From Octopus sinensis (lineage: Eukaryota), in contig NC_043022.1 in assembly GCF_006345805.1 (NCBI RefSeq), positions 22,878,001 through 22,942,000 on the forward strand: 64,000 nt of DNA, written 5' to 3'. This document shows, one piece after another, positions 1 to 13,904 of the stretch. The position numbers were made by a program, and so were the translations under genes. How positions within the stretch are numbered: the stretch's first letter is position 1; each line of letters begins with the position of its first letter. The notes below the pieces were generated by a model. It saw only the letters and a program-made list of their open reading frames with translations, ran no database searches and was not told the origin of the DNA.

Positions 1-160
1 CCTGTGACATCACAACTCATTTCTACAGCTGAGTGAACTGGAGCAACGTGAAATAAAGTGTCTTGCTCAAGAACACAACACGCAGCCCGGTCCAGGATTC
101 GAACTCACAATCTCACGATCGTAAACTCGATGCTCTAACCACTGAGCCATGCGCCTTCAC
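1..160 (-). mobile_element. tRNA-derived SINE (family E), 5' part
   Basis: Minus strand reads GTGAAGGCGCATGGCTCAGTGGTTAGAGC...GTTCGAATCC (A and B boxes), then TGTTCTTGAGCAAGACAC. A similar copy lies at about 10050-10200 (+), with remnants at about 5440-5560 and 7760-7870. Confidence 0.8.
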
Positions 161-329
161 TTGATTAAACAAAATAAGGACATGCTTATGGCATCAAGGG
201 AGAGGGTGGCATACACAGAAATGGTAAAAAGTTTATGGCACAAACGAAATCACTTTAAACTTGCTAAAATAATATTCAAATTATATGACCAGAAATATAA
301 TTTCGAAGTGGTTTATATACTCCTTTACA

Positions 330-738
330 CCTTTACTTGTTTCAGTCATTTGACTGCAGCCATGCTGGAGCACCGCCTTTAGTTGAGCAAATCGACCCCA
401 GGACTTATTCCTTGGAAGCCTAGTACTTATTCTATCGGTCACTTTTGCCGAACCGCTAAGTTACGGGGACGTAAACACAACAGCATCGGTTGTCAGGCAA
501 TGTTGGGAGGACAAACACAGACACATAAACATATACACACACATATGTATATATATATTTATATATACATATATATGACGGGCTTCTTTCAGTTTCTGTC
601 TACCAAATCCACTCACAAGGCTTTGGTCGGCCCGAGACTATAGTAGAAGAGACTTGCACAAGGTGCCACGCAATGGGACTGAACCCAGAACCATGTGGTT
701 GGTAAGCAAGCTACTTGTCACACAGCCACTCCTGTGCC
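330..738 (-). mobile_element. tRNA-derived SINE with CORE-like motif (family B)
   Basis: Head AGGAGTGGCTGTGTGGTAAG...GGTTCAGTCCC, CORE-like CACCTTGGGCAAGTG, internal (TA/TG)n, tail CAGTCAAATGACTGAAACAAGTAAAAG. Many copies: about 845-1250+, 2635-3010-, 13160-13510-, 18255-18650+, 21215-21690+, 32685-33170+, 38355-38762-, 43880-44275+, 62293-62585+. Confidence 0.85.
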
Positions 739-1311
739 TATATGACCAGATATATAATTTCGAAGTGGTTCATGGAGTCATAGTGAAGATCTGAATTAAA
801 ACCTTGCAATTAAAAAAAAGTTGGAGAAAACTTTTCAAATAGGCACAAATGTGGCTGTGTAGTACAAAGCTTGCTTCCCAATGACGTGGTTCCGGGCTCA
901 GTCCCACTGTGTGGCACCTTGGGCAAGTGTCTTCTAATATAGCCTTGAGCCAACCAAAGCCTTGTGAATGGATTTGGTAGATGGAAACTGAAAAAAGACT
1001 GTTGTATATGTCTATCTGTCTGTCTGTCTATGTATGTATGTATTATATGTGTGTGTTTGAGTTTGCCCCCACTGCCATCACTTGACAACTGATGTTGGTA
1101 TGTTTATGTCCCCAGTTTGGCAAAAGAGACCAATAGAATAAGTACTAGGCTTACAAAGAATAAATCCTGGGTTCGATTTCTTTGACTAAAACCCTTTAAG
1201 GTGATGTCCAGCATGGCTGCAGTCAAATGACTGAAATGTGTAAAAGAATAAAATATAAATAAAATAGAAGTATACAAAAACAGAAAATAAACATTATTTT
1301 CCATCTTGCTG

Positions 1312-1580
1312 TTAGGATCACCAAGCATAGATTGGCGTATTTCGGTCATATTATGTGGAGAAAACCCCTGGAGAAGGACATCATGCTCGGAATGGTCAGT
1401 GGCAAGAGAGGAAGAGGCCGACCAAGAACCCGCTGGCTTGACACCATCAAGAGGGATACCGGAATGGACATAGCCAATCTGAAAGAAGCGGCCCAGGATA
1501 GAACTGACTGGAGGACACTGATCCAACGAGTGACCGAGAGTCGACTTCGACTGAGCGGATAGATAGATAGATAGATAGTT
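1312..1580 (+). mobile_element. RTE-clade (BovB-like) LINE, 5'-truncated 3' fragment
   Basis: Translates to AYFGHIMWRKPLEKDIMLGMVSGKRGRGRPRTRWLDTIKRDTG...DRTDWRTLIQRVTESRLRL, the typical RTE ORF C-terminus, followed by an (ATAG)n tail. Homologous to 60189-60705. Confidence 0.92.
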
Positions 1581-1869
1581 AGTTTTGTGTCATTTTGAAA
1601 TAAATTTATTTTATGGGTTATTTGTGTTTATATTACATACAAGCAAGATGCCCCCCGTCCAATGGACGGTGCTGAGTTGTCAAACATTTAAACCAAATTT
1701 TCTTAAAACAACTTGTCCGACCGTCCCATAGGCCTCCCCTTTGAGAAACACTGATTTAACCTAAATCTGAGACACCAGCAAAAGAAGAAATAAAGATAGA
1801 CTTTTTTTCTGTTTTTAAAGTACCAGTAATGATAAGGCTGTTGACTGGGAGAACACAAACATGGTTTAA

Positions 1870-2090
1870 CCCTTTCGTTACCAACCCGGCTGAAACCGGC
1901 TCTGGCTCTGTAGTACAAATGTCTTGTTTTCATAAGTTTTGAATTAAAATCTTCCACCAAACTTTAGTCACAATTTATGTTTCTAACACTAGCTGAATGA
2001 TAATTAAGTTATTTTACTAAAGTCTTTGTTATATTTAAAGTAATTGAAAGAAACACAGAGCATCTCAAAATAAATACAGTGACGAAAGGG
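1870..2090 (+). mobile_element. piggyBac-type MITE, 221 bp
   Basis: TTAA at 1866-1869 and 2091-2094 flanks TIRs CCCTTTCGTTAC / GTGACGAAAGGG. A second copy at 5976-6196 is also TTAA-flanked. Confidence 0.8.
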
Positions 2091-3758
2091 TTAAACAGTA
2101 AGCTTGGCAGGAAAGAAACGTGCCTTTAAGCAGTACAAAAACAACAACAAATGGAAGGTGCAGTTATGTACAGGTTATCGGAAGATAAACAGGACAAAAA
2201 CGGCTTTATCGATCGCATTCTCACCTGGAATCAGTTTTTGTACTTTTTTCAAAACTTATACACTCCCAGATACTGTCGGTATCTACATATCAAATTTGAG
2301 CACAATCGGATGGAGGATGCCCGAGATCCTAGAAGACAGACAGACAGACAACGGATTTTATATAATACATATAATCGGAGTGCCGAAATCTTTTAAGTGC
2401 TTAAGGGCTTCTATGGGTCTTAATCCAGCCCTGATGGTTACCCGGCATTTATGTAAGTGTGGGTAGGAATATCTGGAGAAAGAGATAAAATGGTAGTGAT
2501 GGGGTACCAGAGCAAAACTGTCAGAAGCCAGAGATATGGGCAATAGATCAGGAGGTGGAGCAGATGCATGAGTGCGAGGGGAGAGTGTCCAATGGTGAGA
2601 GATGGGGACAAAGCTGTATCTCTCTTTTTTTTTGTCTCTTTTAGTTGTTTCAGTTATTTGACTGCAGCCATGCTGGAGCACTGCCTTTAGTCGAGCAAAT
2701 CGACCCCAGGACTTATTCTTTGTAAGCCTAGTACTTATTCTATTGGTCTCTTTTGCTGAACCGCTAAATTACAGGGACGTAAACACACCACCATCTGTTT
2801 TCAAGCGATGTTGGGGAGACAAACACAGATACATATAGAAACACATACATATATACTACAGGCTTCTTTCAGTTTCCATCTACCAAATCCACTCACAAGG
2901 CTTTGGTCTGCCCGAGGCTATAGTAGAAGACACTTGACCAAGGTGCCACGCAGGGGGAATGAACCCGGAATCATGTGGTTGGTAAGCAAGCTACTTACCA
3001 TGCCTGTGCCTATGTATATTATAAGACCATTTACAAAATGATATCATTTATCTTTTATTTGGCTGCAGCCATGCTAGAACACTGGCTTCAAGGGTTTTGG
3101 TCAGATAAATCAACCTCAAGACCTATTTTGTTTTTTTAAGCCTGGTAGTTAATCTATTAGTTGGGATGTAAACACAGCAACACCAGTTGTTAAGCAGGGG
3201 TTGGGGACAAACACAGGCATAAAGACAGACATGTAAATATTTACACTTATATGTATGTGGGTGTTTGTATATGTACAACGGGCTTCTTTCATTTTCCATC
3301 TACCAAATCTGCTCATAAGAATTTGGTCATGTTGCAGCTATAGTAGAAGACACTTGCTCAAGGTGCCATGCAGTGGCACTGAACCTGGAACCATGTGGTT
3401 GGAAAGCAAGCTTCTTACCACACAGCCATTCCAAGAACCTTTATAAAATTATATACTCTAAGTGCTGTAAGAGCCTGTACAAAACTGTATACTTTAAAAT
3501 CCATTATATAATTATCTAAAACCTTTTTCAAAGCCATATATTCAGTAACCCTTCATAAAACAATATATTGTAAGAGATTTTAAAGAATCAAAATAGAACC
3601 ATATTCTGTAAAAGCATTTATAAAACAATGCCGTAAGAATCATTACGTGCTTTTGACAACCTGCCAGCCTTTTAGTATTATTATAATGACTTTTAATGAT
3701 TAGGAAAAAAAAAGAAGGAAAAAAAACCATCAAATACAAAACCAAACGAAAAACTTAC

Positions 3759-3811
3759 ATTTTTGAGAAAATAGGAAATGGTAGGTTGTGATGTTCATTC
3801 CTTTCCCAGAG
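3759..3811 (-). CDS. Candidate internal exon of unnamed minus-strand gene
   Basis: Acceptor tttcactttatttacag|, donor |gtaagt, 53 nt. Phase-0 reading is LWERNEHHNLPFPIFSK. Product not recognised. Confidence 0.45.
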
Positions 3812-3894
3812 CTGTAAATAAAGTGAAATTTGTATGGCTAGGGATTGAAACTGTAGCACTGTTTCGACTGTTCAACATTTTAACCCTTTCTTTA

Positions 3895-4420
3895 TTTCTT
3901 ATTTCTTTACTGCCTGCCCACAAGGGGTTAAACATAGAGGGGACAAACGGAATAAGTCGATTATATCGACTCCAGTGCATAACTGGTACTTATTTAATCG
4001 ACCCTGAAAGGATGAAAGGCAAAGTTGACCTCGGCAGAATTTGAACACACAAGTGGCTAAACACAGAGGGGACAAACAAGGACAGACAAACAGATTAAGT
4101 CGATTATATCGACTCCAGTGCGTAACTGGTACTTATTTAATTGACCCCAAAAGAAAGAAACTCAGAATGTAGCAGCAGACGAAATACCTATTTCTTTACT
4201 ACCCACAAGGGGCTAAACACAGAGTGGACAAACAAGGACAGACAAACGGATTAAGTCGATTTCATCGACCCCAGTGCATAACTGGTACTTTTTTTAATCA
4301 ACCCCGAAAGGATGAAAGGCAAAGTCGACCTCGGCAGAATTTGAACTCGGAACGTAGCAGCAGACGAAATACCGCTAAGCATTTTGCCCGGTGTGCTAAT
4401 GTTTCTGCCAGCTCACCGCC
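3895..4420 (-). mobile_element. tRNA-derived SINE family A, dimeric form
   Basis: Head GGCGGTGAGCTGGCAGAA...GAGTTC(A/C)AATTC; body GAGGTCGACTTTGCCTTTCATCCTTTCGGGG...AAGTACCAGTT; tail GTAGTAAAGAAATAG. Other copies: 17065-17495+, 23205-23610+, 30170-30400-, 33530-34140-, 42385-42620-, 50550-50780+, 58175-58400-. Confidence 0.85.
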
Positions 4421-4904
4421 TTCTCTACTTTCCTTTCTCTGCTTCTTTCCTCTCCAATGACATGGAGTATGCATTAATGATTAAGGCACAAGGTAAGGTT
4501 TATCACTGATTGTATCAGACACCAATATATTGCTGGTATTTAGTACCATCAGTTATTAATATATTGCTAGTCCTTCAGGCAGTAAGCTGGCAGAATTATT
4601 AGCATGCCAGGCAAAATGCTTAGCATTCACCCATTTGGCATTGATAAAATAAACACAAATCCAGTACTGGGGTTAATTTTATTTGACTTTTTCACTCACT
4701 ACAAATATTTCAGGCCTTGTAGAACTGTTGGTGTATCAGACACTGATACACCACTGGTACTTCTGTGACAGAAAATAAGAAAGGGCTTCTTTTTTGTGTG
4801 TGTGATTTATTATTTTGGTGATTTGGTCAAAGGTGAAGGGCAGCAATCAGGATCCCTTTTTCAGGGACTCTGACATTGGCAAGAGGGTAGAGAGAAGTCT
4901 ACAT

Positions 4905-5416
4905 CAGTGGTTCTCAATCAGTTTTTTACCTGTAGCCATTTGAAGGCTCCAGTCTTGATCTGGCAGAGTTTCTACAGCTGGATGCCCTTCCTAACACCAA
5001 CCACTCCGAGAGCGTAGTGGGTGCTTTTACGTGCCACCGGCAGGGGGACAGTCAGGTGGTACTGGCAACGACCTCGCTCGATTTTTTTACACATGCCAAT
5101 GGCACAGGTGCCAGTAAGGTGATGCTGGTAACGATCCCGCTCGAATGGTGCCTCCTACATGCCACCGGCACGGAAGCCAGTTATCCGCTCTGGCAACGAT
5201 CACACTCAGATGGTGCTCTTAGCACCCTACTAGCACGGGGCACAAGTGCCAGTAAGGCAAAGCTGGCAACGATCACACTTGAATGGTGCCTTTTTATATT
5301 TTAATATTATTAAGAATTGTATTAAAAAAATTACTAAAATATTTTGTGTATTGTAAAACTGTAACTAACTTTTTGCACATAAATTTTAACAACAAAATCT
5401 TGGTTGAGAACCACTG
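4905..5416. mobile_element. hAT (Charlie-like) MITE with a nested RTE-tailed SINE
   Basis: TIRs CAGTGGTTCTCAA / TTGAGAACCACTG. Perfect 8-bp TSD GTCTACAT at 4897-4904 and 5417-5424. A family C SINE occupies about 4940-5300. Confidence 0.85.
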
Positions 5417-6428
5417 GTCTACATAGTGGGGATGTATGTCTAAGCGTTGGGCTCATGTTAATAAGATTGTGGTTTCGATTCCTGGACTGGGCAGTGCATT
5501 GAGTTCTTGGGTAAAACACATCATTTTATGTTGCTCCTGTCCACTTAGCTAGCAAAAGTGAGTGTTCCTTCAGAGGACTGGCATCCTATTCAAAGAGGAA
5601 TACAATATGCCACAAAAACTGGCCCTATGAGTCTATATCCTTTTATCCTAACCTCAGTCTATAATAGACCCAGCTCAAATGATTGTAATAGGTTGCACTC
5701 CACTATAAGCACCAGGGCCTGGTACTGCTGTTAAACTGAGCTAGGACATATTAAATCTATCAAGGGCAGTGAGCTGGCAGAAGTATCAGCACACCAGGCG
5801 AAATACTTAACGGTATTTTGTCTGTCTTTATGTTCTGAGTTCAAATTCCATTGAGGTCGACTTTGCTTTTCGTCCTTTTGGGGTCAATAAATTAAGTACC
5901 AGTTGCATACTGGGGTCGATATAATCAACTGGCCTCCTCCCGCAAAATTTCAGGCCTTGTAGAAAAGAATGTTAACCCTTTCAATACCAACCCGGCTGAA
6001 ACTAGCTCTGGCTCTGTAGTACAAATGCCTTGTTTTCGTAAGTTTTGAATTAAAATCTTCCACCAAACCTTAATCACAATTTATGTTCACAACACTAGCT
6101 TAACGATAACCAAGTTATTTTACTAAATTCTTTGTAATATTTAAAGTAATTGAAAGAAACACAGAGCATCTCAAAATAAATAGAGTAATGAAAGTGTTAA
6201 ATCTATCATATCAGTGTACTCTGCTAAATGTACCCAAGCATTAGGTAAAAACGATATTAAGCTGGGTGGTGAATTAAGTCTACCATCCAATCAGATTGAG
6301 GTCAGGATTCTACAGAGGTTACTTACGCAAGAAAAGACACAATTCTCTTCTTTACACGCTCGACCAGTTTTCAAATAGATGAAACTTGTATTGTACTGAT
6401 ATTTGTTTTATTGATGTAGGTACAGAAA

Positions 6429-7633
6429 TGGCTTATTGATGTATTGATGTAGCACAGAAATGGTTAAGGATTTTGCTCCTCAACCTTGTCATTTTGGTTG
6501 CAGTCTCATTGTGTGGAACCTTGAGCAAGTGTCTTCTACTACAGCCTTGGTCCATTCAAAGCCTTGTGAGTGGAGTTGATTGATGGAAACTGAAAGAAGC
6601 CCATCGTATATATCTGGTACATTGCTGTACTCAAGAAGACCTGTCTTCTACAGCAGAATCAATACCTATTCCTTTACTACCCGCAAGGGCCTAAACACAG
6701 AGGGGGCAAACAAGAACAGACACACGGATTAAGTCAATTACATCGACCCCAATGCGTAACTAGTACTTAGTTTATCGACCCCAAAAGGATGAAAGGCAAA
6801 GTCGACCTCGGTGGAATTTGAACTCAGAACGTAACGGCTGACGAAATACGGCTACGCATTTTGCCCGGCGTGCTAACGTTTTTGCCAGCTCGCAGCAGAA
6901 TCAATACCAGTGCTGGTGCCACATTAAAAGTACTTGTGCTGGTGCCACTTTAAAAGCACTGGTGCTGGGGTCACATTAAAAGCACTGGTGCTGGTGTCAC
7001 CTAAAAAGCATCCAGTACACTATGTAGAGTGGTTGGCAATAGTGTACTGGATGCTTTTTAGGTGACACCAGCACCAGTGCTTTTAATGTGGCCCCAGCAC
7101 CAGTGCTTTTAAAGTGGCACCAGCACAAGTACTTTTAATGTGGCACCAGCACTGGTATTGATTCTGCTGCGAGCTGGCAAAAACGTTAGCACGCCGGGCA
7201 AAATGCGTAGCCGTATTTCGTCAGCCGTTACGTTCTGAGTTCAAATTCCACCGAGGTCGACTTTGCCTTTCATCCTTTTGGGGTCGATAAACTAAGTACT
7301 AGTTACGCATTGGGGTCGATGTAATTGACTTAATCCGTGTGTCTGTTCTTGTTTGCCCCCTCTGTGTTTAGGCCCTTGCGGGTAGTAAAGGAATAGGTAT
7401 TGATTCTGCTGTAGAAGACAGGTCTTCTTGAGTACAGCAATGTACCAGATATATACGATGGGCTTCTTTCAGTTTCCATCAATCAACTCCACTCACAAGG
7501 CTTTGAATGGACCAAGGCTGTAGTAGAAGACACTTGCTCAAGGTTCCACACAATGAGACTGCAACCAAAATGACAAGGTTGAGGAGCAAAATCCTTAACC
7601 ATTTCTGTGCTACATCAATACATCAATAAGCCA
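6429..7633. repeat. Fold-back inverted duplication: 595-bp arms, 15-bp spacer
   Basis: 6429-7023 is the reverse complement of 7039-7633 with one mismatch found (T6971 opposite G). Spacer is GTAGAGTGGTTGGCA. Confidence 0.95.
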
Positions 7634-10600
7634 CTATAGAAAACATGCCAGAACAGACAATGGAGCCTGGTGCAGCCTTTGGCCTTACCAGCTCTGGTCA
7701 AACTGTCAAACTTATGCTAGCTTGGAAAACAGATGATAAATGATGACAATCTAGTGGTTAGAGTGTTGCACTCACGACCACAAAATTGTAGATCTCATTT
7801 CCAGACCAACGGTTCATTGTCTTCTTGAGTAAAACAACACATTCCATGTTGCTCCAGTCCATTCAGCTATAAATGGGTAACTCTGTACCAGAATAGCATT
7901 CGGTGCTTAGGTGCACTTAAGCACAGGACCCCATTGACCAAGGAGTGGGGGGGGGGAGCATTATTCGGCCTAAAAAATTTTTGCAATGAATTTTTCAAAT
8001 GTCAAATGTTTAAATATTTTCCTTAAAAGTTATAAAAAAGTGAAATTAATAATGTGAATGCTTTTACACATTATTTTTTTTAACATAAAAGGGCCCTCAT
8101 AACTTAACTAGCACAGGACCTCATCTGTCCTAAATCAGACAATGCTGGCATTCCATAAATAACCATAAGATACTATGATAAAAATAAGTCCCTGTTTTAA
8201 TTCATTTAACATTGGAAATGACTAAAATAAATGGTCATAAAAAATGAACAATTTTATCTGGCAACCCAGTAAATATTCTTTTCTAATTAAGTACAAGGTC
8301 AGTAATGTTGAAGGAAGTGGGTTAGTCAGTGCCATTGGCACCAGTGCTTGACTGGTATTTTATTCTATTAACTTCAGAAAAAGTCAAAGTTGAACTTGGC
8401 AGGATTTGAACTTGAAACATAAAGAACTTCAGTCTCACTGAGTGGCATCTTGGGCAAGTGTCTTTTACTGTAGCCTCAGGCTGACCAAAGCCTTGTGAGT
8501 GGATTTGGTAGATGGAAACTGAAAGAAGCCTATTATATATATATGTGTGTGTGTGTGTGTGTCATTCTATGCTATTGATTGACAACCAGTGCTGATATGT
8601 TTACGTCTCTGTAATTTAGTATCATCATCATCATCGTTTAATGTCTGTTTTCCATGCTAGCATGGGTTAGACGGTTCGACTGGGGTCTGGGAAGTCAGGA
8701 GGCTGCACTTGGCTCCAGTCTGATCTGGCAGTGTTTCTACAGCTGGATGCCCTTCCTAACGCTAACCACTCCGTGAATGTAGTGGGTGTTTTTTATGTGC
8801 CACCGGCATAGGGACCAGAGGAGGCTGGCAATGGCCATGATCAGTTGGAGCTTTTTACGTGCCACTGGCATGGGTACCAGTCAAGCAGTTTGGCAAAAAA
8901 ACAAGACTGATAAAATAAACACCAAGCTTTAAGAAAAAATAGTACTGTGATTGAGTTGTTCAACTGAAATTCTTCGAGGCGGTGCTCCAGCATGGCCCCA
9001 GTCCAACGACTGATACAAAAAAAAAGATTAAAAAGAAAAAAAAAAAGAACTGATAAAAACACCACAAGACATTTTTCCAATGCACCAATAATTCTATTAG
9101 TTCTGAAAGACTCTTTTGTCACTAAAATAAGGCTAATAATCCAAAATTTTAAATCTTATTGACTGAAATAAAATTGTTCTCAGAACCAGCAAGATCAAAG
9201 CTAAATGCTGTGAAATAGTTATTCTGAAACATCAGTTCTTTTTATTTGTTTTGTTTTTTTTTTCTTTTTTTTTTCTAATTTCCAACCTGCCTGCTCTTAG
9301 TTAATGGCTTTTAGACTTGATATCTCACTCTATCTGCTCGTTCCAATTCCGTTCAAAAGAAAAGAGAACAAAAGACAGGACTGGATAGTTTATCTTTTAT
9401 CTTTTACTTGTTTCGGTCATTAGACTGCGGCCATGCTGGGGCATCACCTTGAAGAATTTTTATTTGAATGGATTGACCCCCCACCACCAGCACCACCACT
9501 ACCAATATCCCAGTATATTTTATATTTTAAGCCTGGTACTTATTCTGTTACTCTCTTTTGCTGAACCACTAAGTTACATGGACACAGACATACACCAACA
9601 CCAACTGCCAAATGGTGGTGGGGGACAAACACAGACACACACACACACACACATGACTGATTTCTTTTCTCAGTTCCTGTCAACCAAGTCCACTCGCAAG
9701 GTTTTGGTCAGCCTGAGGGTATAGAAGAAAACACTTGCCAAAGATTACATGAACTGGGACTGAACCTGAAACTTATTTTATCATTCTCATTTGCTGAACC
9801 CCTAATGTACATGGACATAAACACACCAACACCAGTTATCAAGTGGTGGTGGTGGTGGGAGACAAACACACACACATCTCCAACAGGCTTCTTTCAGTTT
9901 CCGTCTACCAAATCCACTAACAAGGCTTTGGTTGGCCTGAGGTTACAGCAGAAGACACTTGCCCAAAGTGCCGCACAGAGGGACGGAACCCAAGAACATC
10001 CACACTACCCTGCACCCATATCGTTTGATTTTCGTAGATGACTGATTTTATAGAGTGGTGAAGCTTTATGGATTTCTGGACCGGGCTGTGTGTTGTGTTC
10101 TTGAGCAAGACACTTTATTTCACATTGCTCCAGTTCACTCAGCTGTAGGAATAAGTTGTGATGTCACTGGTGCCAAGCTGTATTGGCCTTTACCTTTCCC
10201 CTGGACAACATATATATATATATACACACACACACATGTATATATACATACTCAGAGTTTAAATGAAATTAGAGTGTGACTCAAAAGTTTAATTAAAAAT
10301 TCATTTCCTTCAAATAAACAAAACACTTTGAACAATTCATATTTAACGTAAAACTTTAAATATGTCTAATTAATGTCTAACTTTTTAATGATAAAAGAAA
10401 AAAAAATACCTATCTTTACTTTCATATCGAGCACTTAATAAGATAACATGTATCTTATTAAGTACTTGATATGTTTTAGCATATCTCTATATACATCTCG
10501 TTTTGGGATTTGGTTTGCAAGATTCTTTATATGAATTCGTGTGTTGAAGCATACATATTCTGTTGTGTCTGGAGAGAGTCATTTTCTTTTTGTGCCTTAT

Positions 10601-10869
10601 AATTTACATCATATACATTAAAATCCTATTTAATACATATCAATACAGTGCATTTTCCCTTATTTGTGGCTTTTTATGTTCATTTTTCTGTCTTTTTGTT
10701 TTTAATTCTGTTTGCTGCATTTGCACTTTTGGTTTCCATTGCTGTCTTTCTTGACAATGTTGCTTTCTGTCCACTCTTTAACCTTTTTACCTTTTGAGAT
10801 GAGATGGTGTACACTTGGGTACTGTATACAATAAACACTCATTGTTATTATTATTATTATTATTATTAC

Positions 10870-11155
10870 TGTGGAGGCGCAATGGCCCAGTGGTCAGGGC
10901 AGCGGCTCACGGTCAGAGGATCGTGGTTTCGATTCCCAGACCAGGTGTTGTGAGTGTTTATTGAGTGAAAACACCTAAAGCTCCATGAGGCTCCAGCAGG
11001 GGGTGGTGGCGACCCCTGTTGAACTCTTTCACCACTCTTTCTTCTGTTGGCCTGCTCACTTAGCCAGTGGGGTGGCGTCATTTGAAGGCTAAAACAATGC
11101 GAAACGCATTGTGACCAGCGATGTGTAGCAACATCTGATAGCCTGGTCACGGGGA
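10870..11155 (+). mobile_element. tRNA-derived SINE family D
   Basis: GTGGAGGCGCAATGGCCCAGTGG (A box)...GTTTCGATTCC (B box). Also at 26636-27022-, 52550-52865-, and variants at 27865-28090+ and 61415-61720+. Confidence 0.8.
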
Positions 11156-11270
11156 TTATTATTATTATTATTATTGTATGCATATGCGTGTGTAATCATA
11201 TATATATAAAATGTATAATTACAAATTTTGATTGATACACATGTATATTGTCTGACAGTTAGACAAAGAG

Positions 11271-11276
11271 CTAAAT

Positions 11277-11351
<75 letters not shown>

Positions 11352-11810
11352 AGATAACATACATACATGTGTGTGTGTGTATGTGTGTGTGGTAATAGAC
11401 ATGCATACATAGACATACATATACAGACAAAAAATGTATTGATAGAGAGAAAAGCACAGATAGATAGAGAGATAGTTAGACAGACAGAAATATAGATAGA
11501 CTGATTGATAGACAGATAAATAGACAGTCAGACAGACAGACAGATAGGTAGATAGACAGACAGACAGACAGACAGATAGATGGATATGAGGGTTAGGATT
11601 GGTACTAATTTTATCAGATAGATAGACTGGTTGATAGACAGACAAATAGACAGCCATATAGACAGACAGATAGATAGACAGATAGAGAAATAGATAGAAA
11701 GATAGGCAATCAGATAGAGAGATAGATAAATAGACAGAGAGATAGATAGATAGATAGATAGGTAGATAGATAGGTAGACAGACAAAGAGAGAGAGAGAGA
11801 AAGAGAGATA
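11271..11810. repeat. (GATA)n/(GACA)n microsatellite block
   Basis: Pure GATA run at about 11278-11350, then a degenerate GATA/GACA array. It explains the YLSI-repeat ORFs. Confidence 0.95.
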
Positions 11811-12095
11811 AATAGACTACCATAAAGACCGAGAGACAGACAGATATTTTCCTTTGAATTTGAAATCTTGGAGTTCTTTGAACAACGTAAGAAGTGTTTA
11901 TTTGATTAAAAACTTCACAGATTCTGTCAATTAACTTTTAATTGCACCAATTAAAGTAACTTGTAATTAAATCTATTAGATGATTGGTAGCAAATGTCTT
12001 TCTTTGCGGTGTATGAACTCTGGTGAATGTGTGGACGTGTATTAATAGGCATGTGTTTACACAGCTTTCTGTCTGTGTGTGCATGTGTGTGTGTG

Positions 12096-12150
<55 letters not shown>

Positions 12151-13848
12151 GGGTGTTGATATGACGGTAGAGTGTCAGTTTAAAGAATTTGTCAGATCTG
12201 GTTTGCTTGCTTTAATGTTTGAGTTCAAATCCCGCCATAGCTAACTTTACTTTCCATCCTTTTTGGAGTCAAAAAATAAAGTAACAGTCACGTACTGGGA
12301 CTGTTGTAATTGACTAACCCCATTCCTACAAAATTGCTAACCCTAACCCTATTCCAGAGGACTATATCTCTATCATTCCCCACCGTTTTTTTTATTGTTA
12401 ACCTTAGGATACTATGTACATATCCCTTCTGTGATTCCCAAACTTTTCAGGCTGCTAACCCCTTGGCATTCAAACCACATTCCTAGCAACTTCTCTTCCC
12501 CCACTCAGCACCATAAACGTAGACCACTTTCAGCAGCAAATTCAATACAACAAAATTAATTTCACAAATAAAACTTAAACTAATCAACCCATAATATTTT
12601 TTTGGGGGGGGGGGGTTACATCCTTCACCCCCTTTTGGCCACCCTACTATTGCCCCACTTTTCTTCAACGCTCCCTCTTGATATTTTTTGCCACCCACAG
12701 AGGGGCAGTACTGCCCACTTTCAAAACCACTGCTGTATGCCATGCAGCCCCATTTTATTATTTATTTATTTTATCATTTCATTACATGTAAACTCCCACA
12801 CTTTATGTCTGTTTTGTATTGTCTCTCTTTATCCTTTGCCCTGGTGGCAAATAAATGAAATCATTATTATAATTATTATTATTGTGGAGGCACAATGGCT
12901 CGGTGGTTAAAATGCGAGTCTTTTACGTGGAAAACTGTGGATTTGTATAAAGGACACACAGACACACAGACATTTTGCTGTTTATAGATATACAGATGTT
13001 GTAATGGCATTAAGTTATGGTCCTTTATGTTCTGAGTTCAAATCCCAGTTAGGTCAACTTTGCTTCTCCTTTTGTGTGTGCCTATATATGTGTATTTATC
13101 TATCTATCTATATATGAGTGTGTGTGTGTATCTATGTATATATATCTCTCTTTCTCTCTTTTACTTGTCATGTGACTGTGGCCATGCTGGAGCACTGCCT
13201 TTAGTCGAGCAAATCGATCCCAGGACTTATTCTTTGTATTCTATCGGTCTCTTTTGCTGAACCACTAAGTTACGGGGACATAAACACATCAGCATCGGTT
13301 GTTAAGCGATGTTGGGGGTAGGACAAACACACACACACACACACATATATGACGGGCTTCTTTCAGTTTCCGTCTACCAAATCCACTCACAAGGCTTTGG
13401 TCGGCCTGAGGCTATAGAAGACACTTGCCCAAGTTGCCACACAGTGGGACTGAACCTGGAACCATGTGGTTGGTAAGCAAGCTACTTACCACACAGCCAC
13501 TCCTGCGCCTATATGTGTGTATACATATATATATGTATATCATACGCAATTATCTGTACATTCCTCATTGATAACTTCAATGATCTATACTAAGCTTCAT
13601 CATGGTTTTTCTCTTCTTTGTTGATTGCTTTTAATGAACATAATGAATTTAAGTCTTTAGTGGAGATTGTATTTAATTAATTTTGTGTTGAATGTTCTGT
13701 TACGTTTGAAGACAGTCAGTGAATGTGTCAAGTTAAACTTAATTTTAATGCCATCAGAATCTGGATTTGGCTTTATTTACTTAAATTGTTCAACAAATTA
13801 GAGTTTATGAAGTTTGATTACATTCATTTTAAATATTGATTACATTAC

Positions 13849-13904
13849 CGACAGAATCATTATCCTGGAGATATTGGAAACTGGTGCCTTGTGGAGAGGC
13901 TCAT
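13849..13904 (-). CDS. Candidate internal exon of unnamed minus-strand gene
   Basis: Acceptor ttatttcttccacag|, donor |gtaatg, 56 nt. Only one frame is open: (x)EPLHKAPVSNISRIMILS. Confidence 0.5.
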
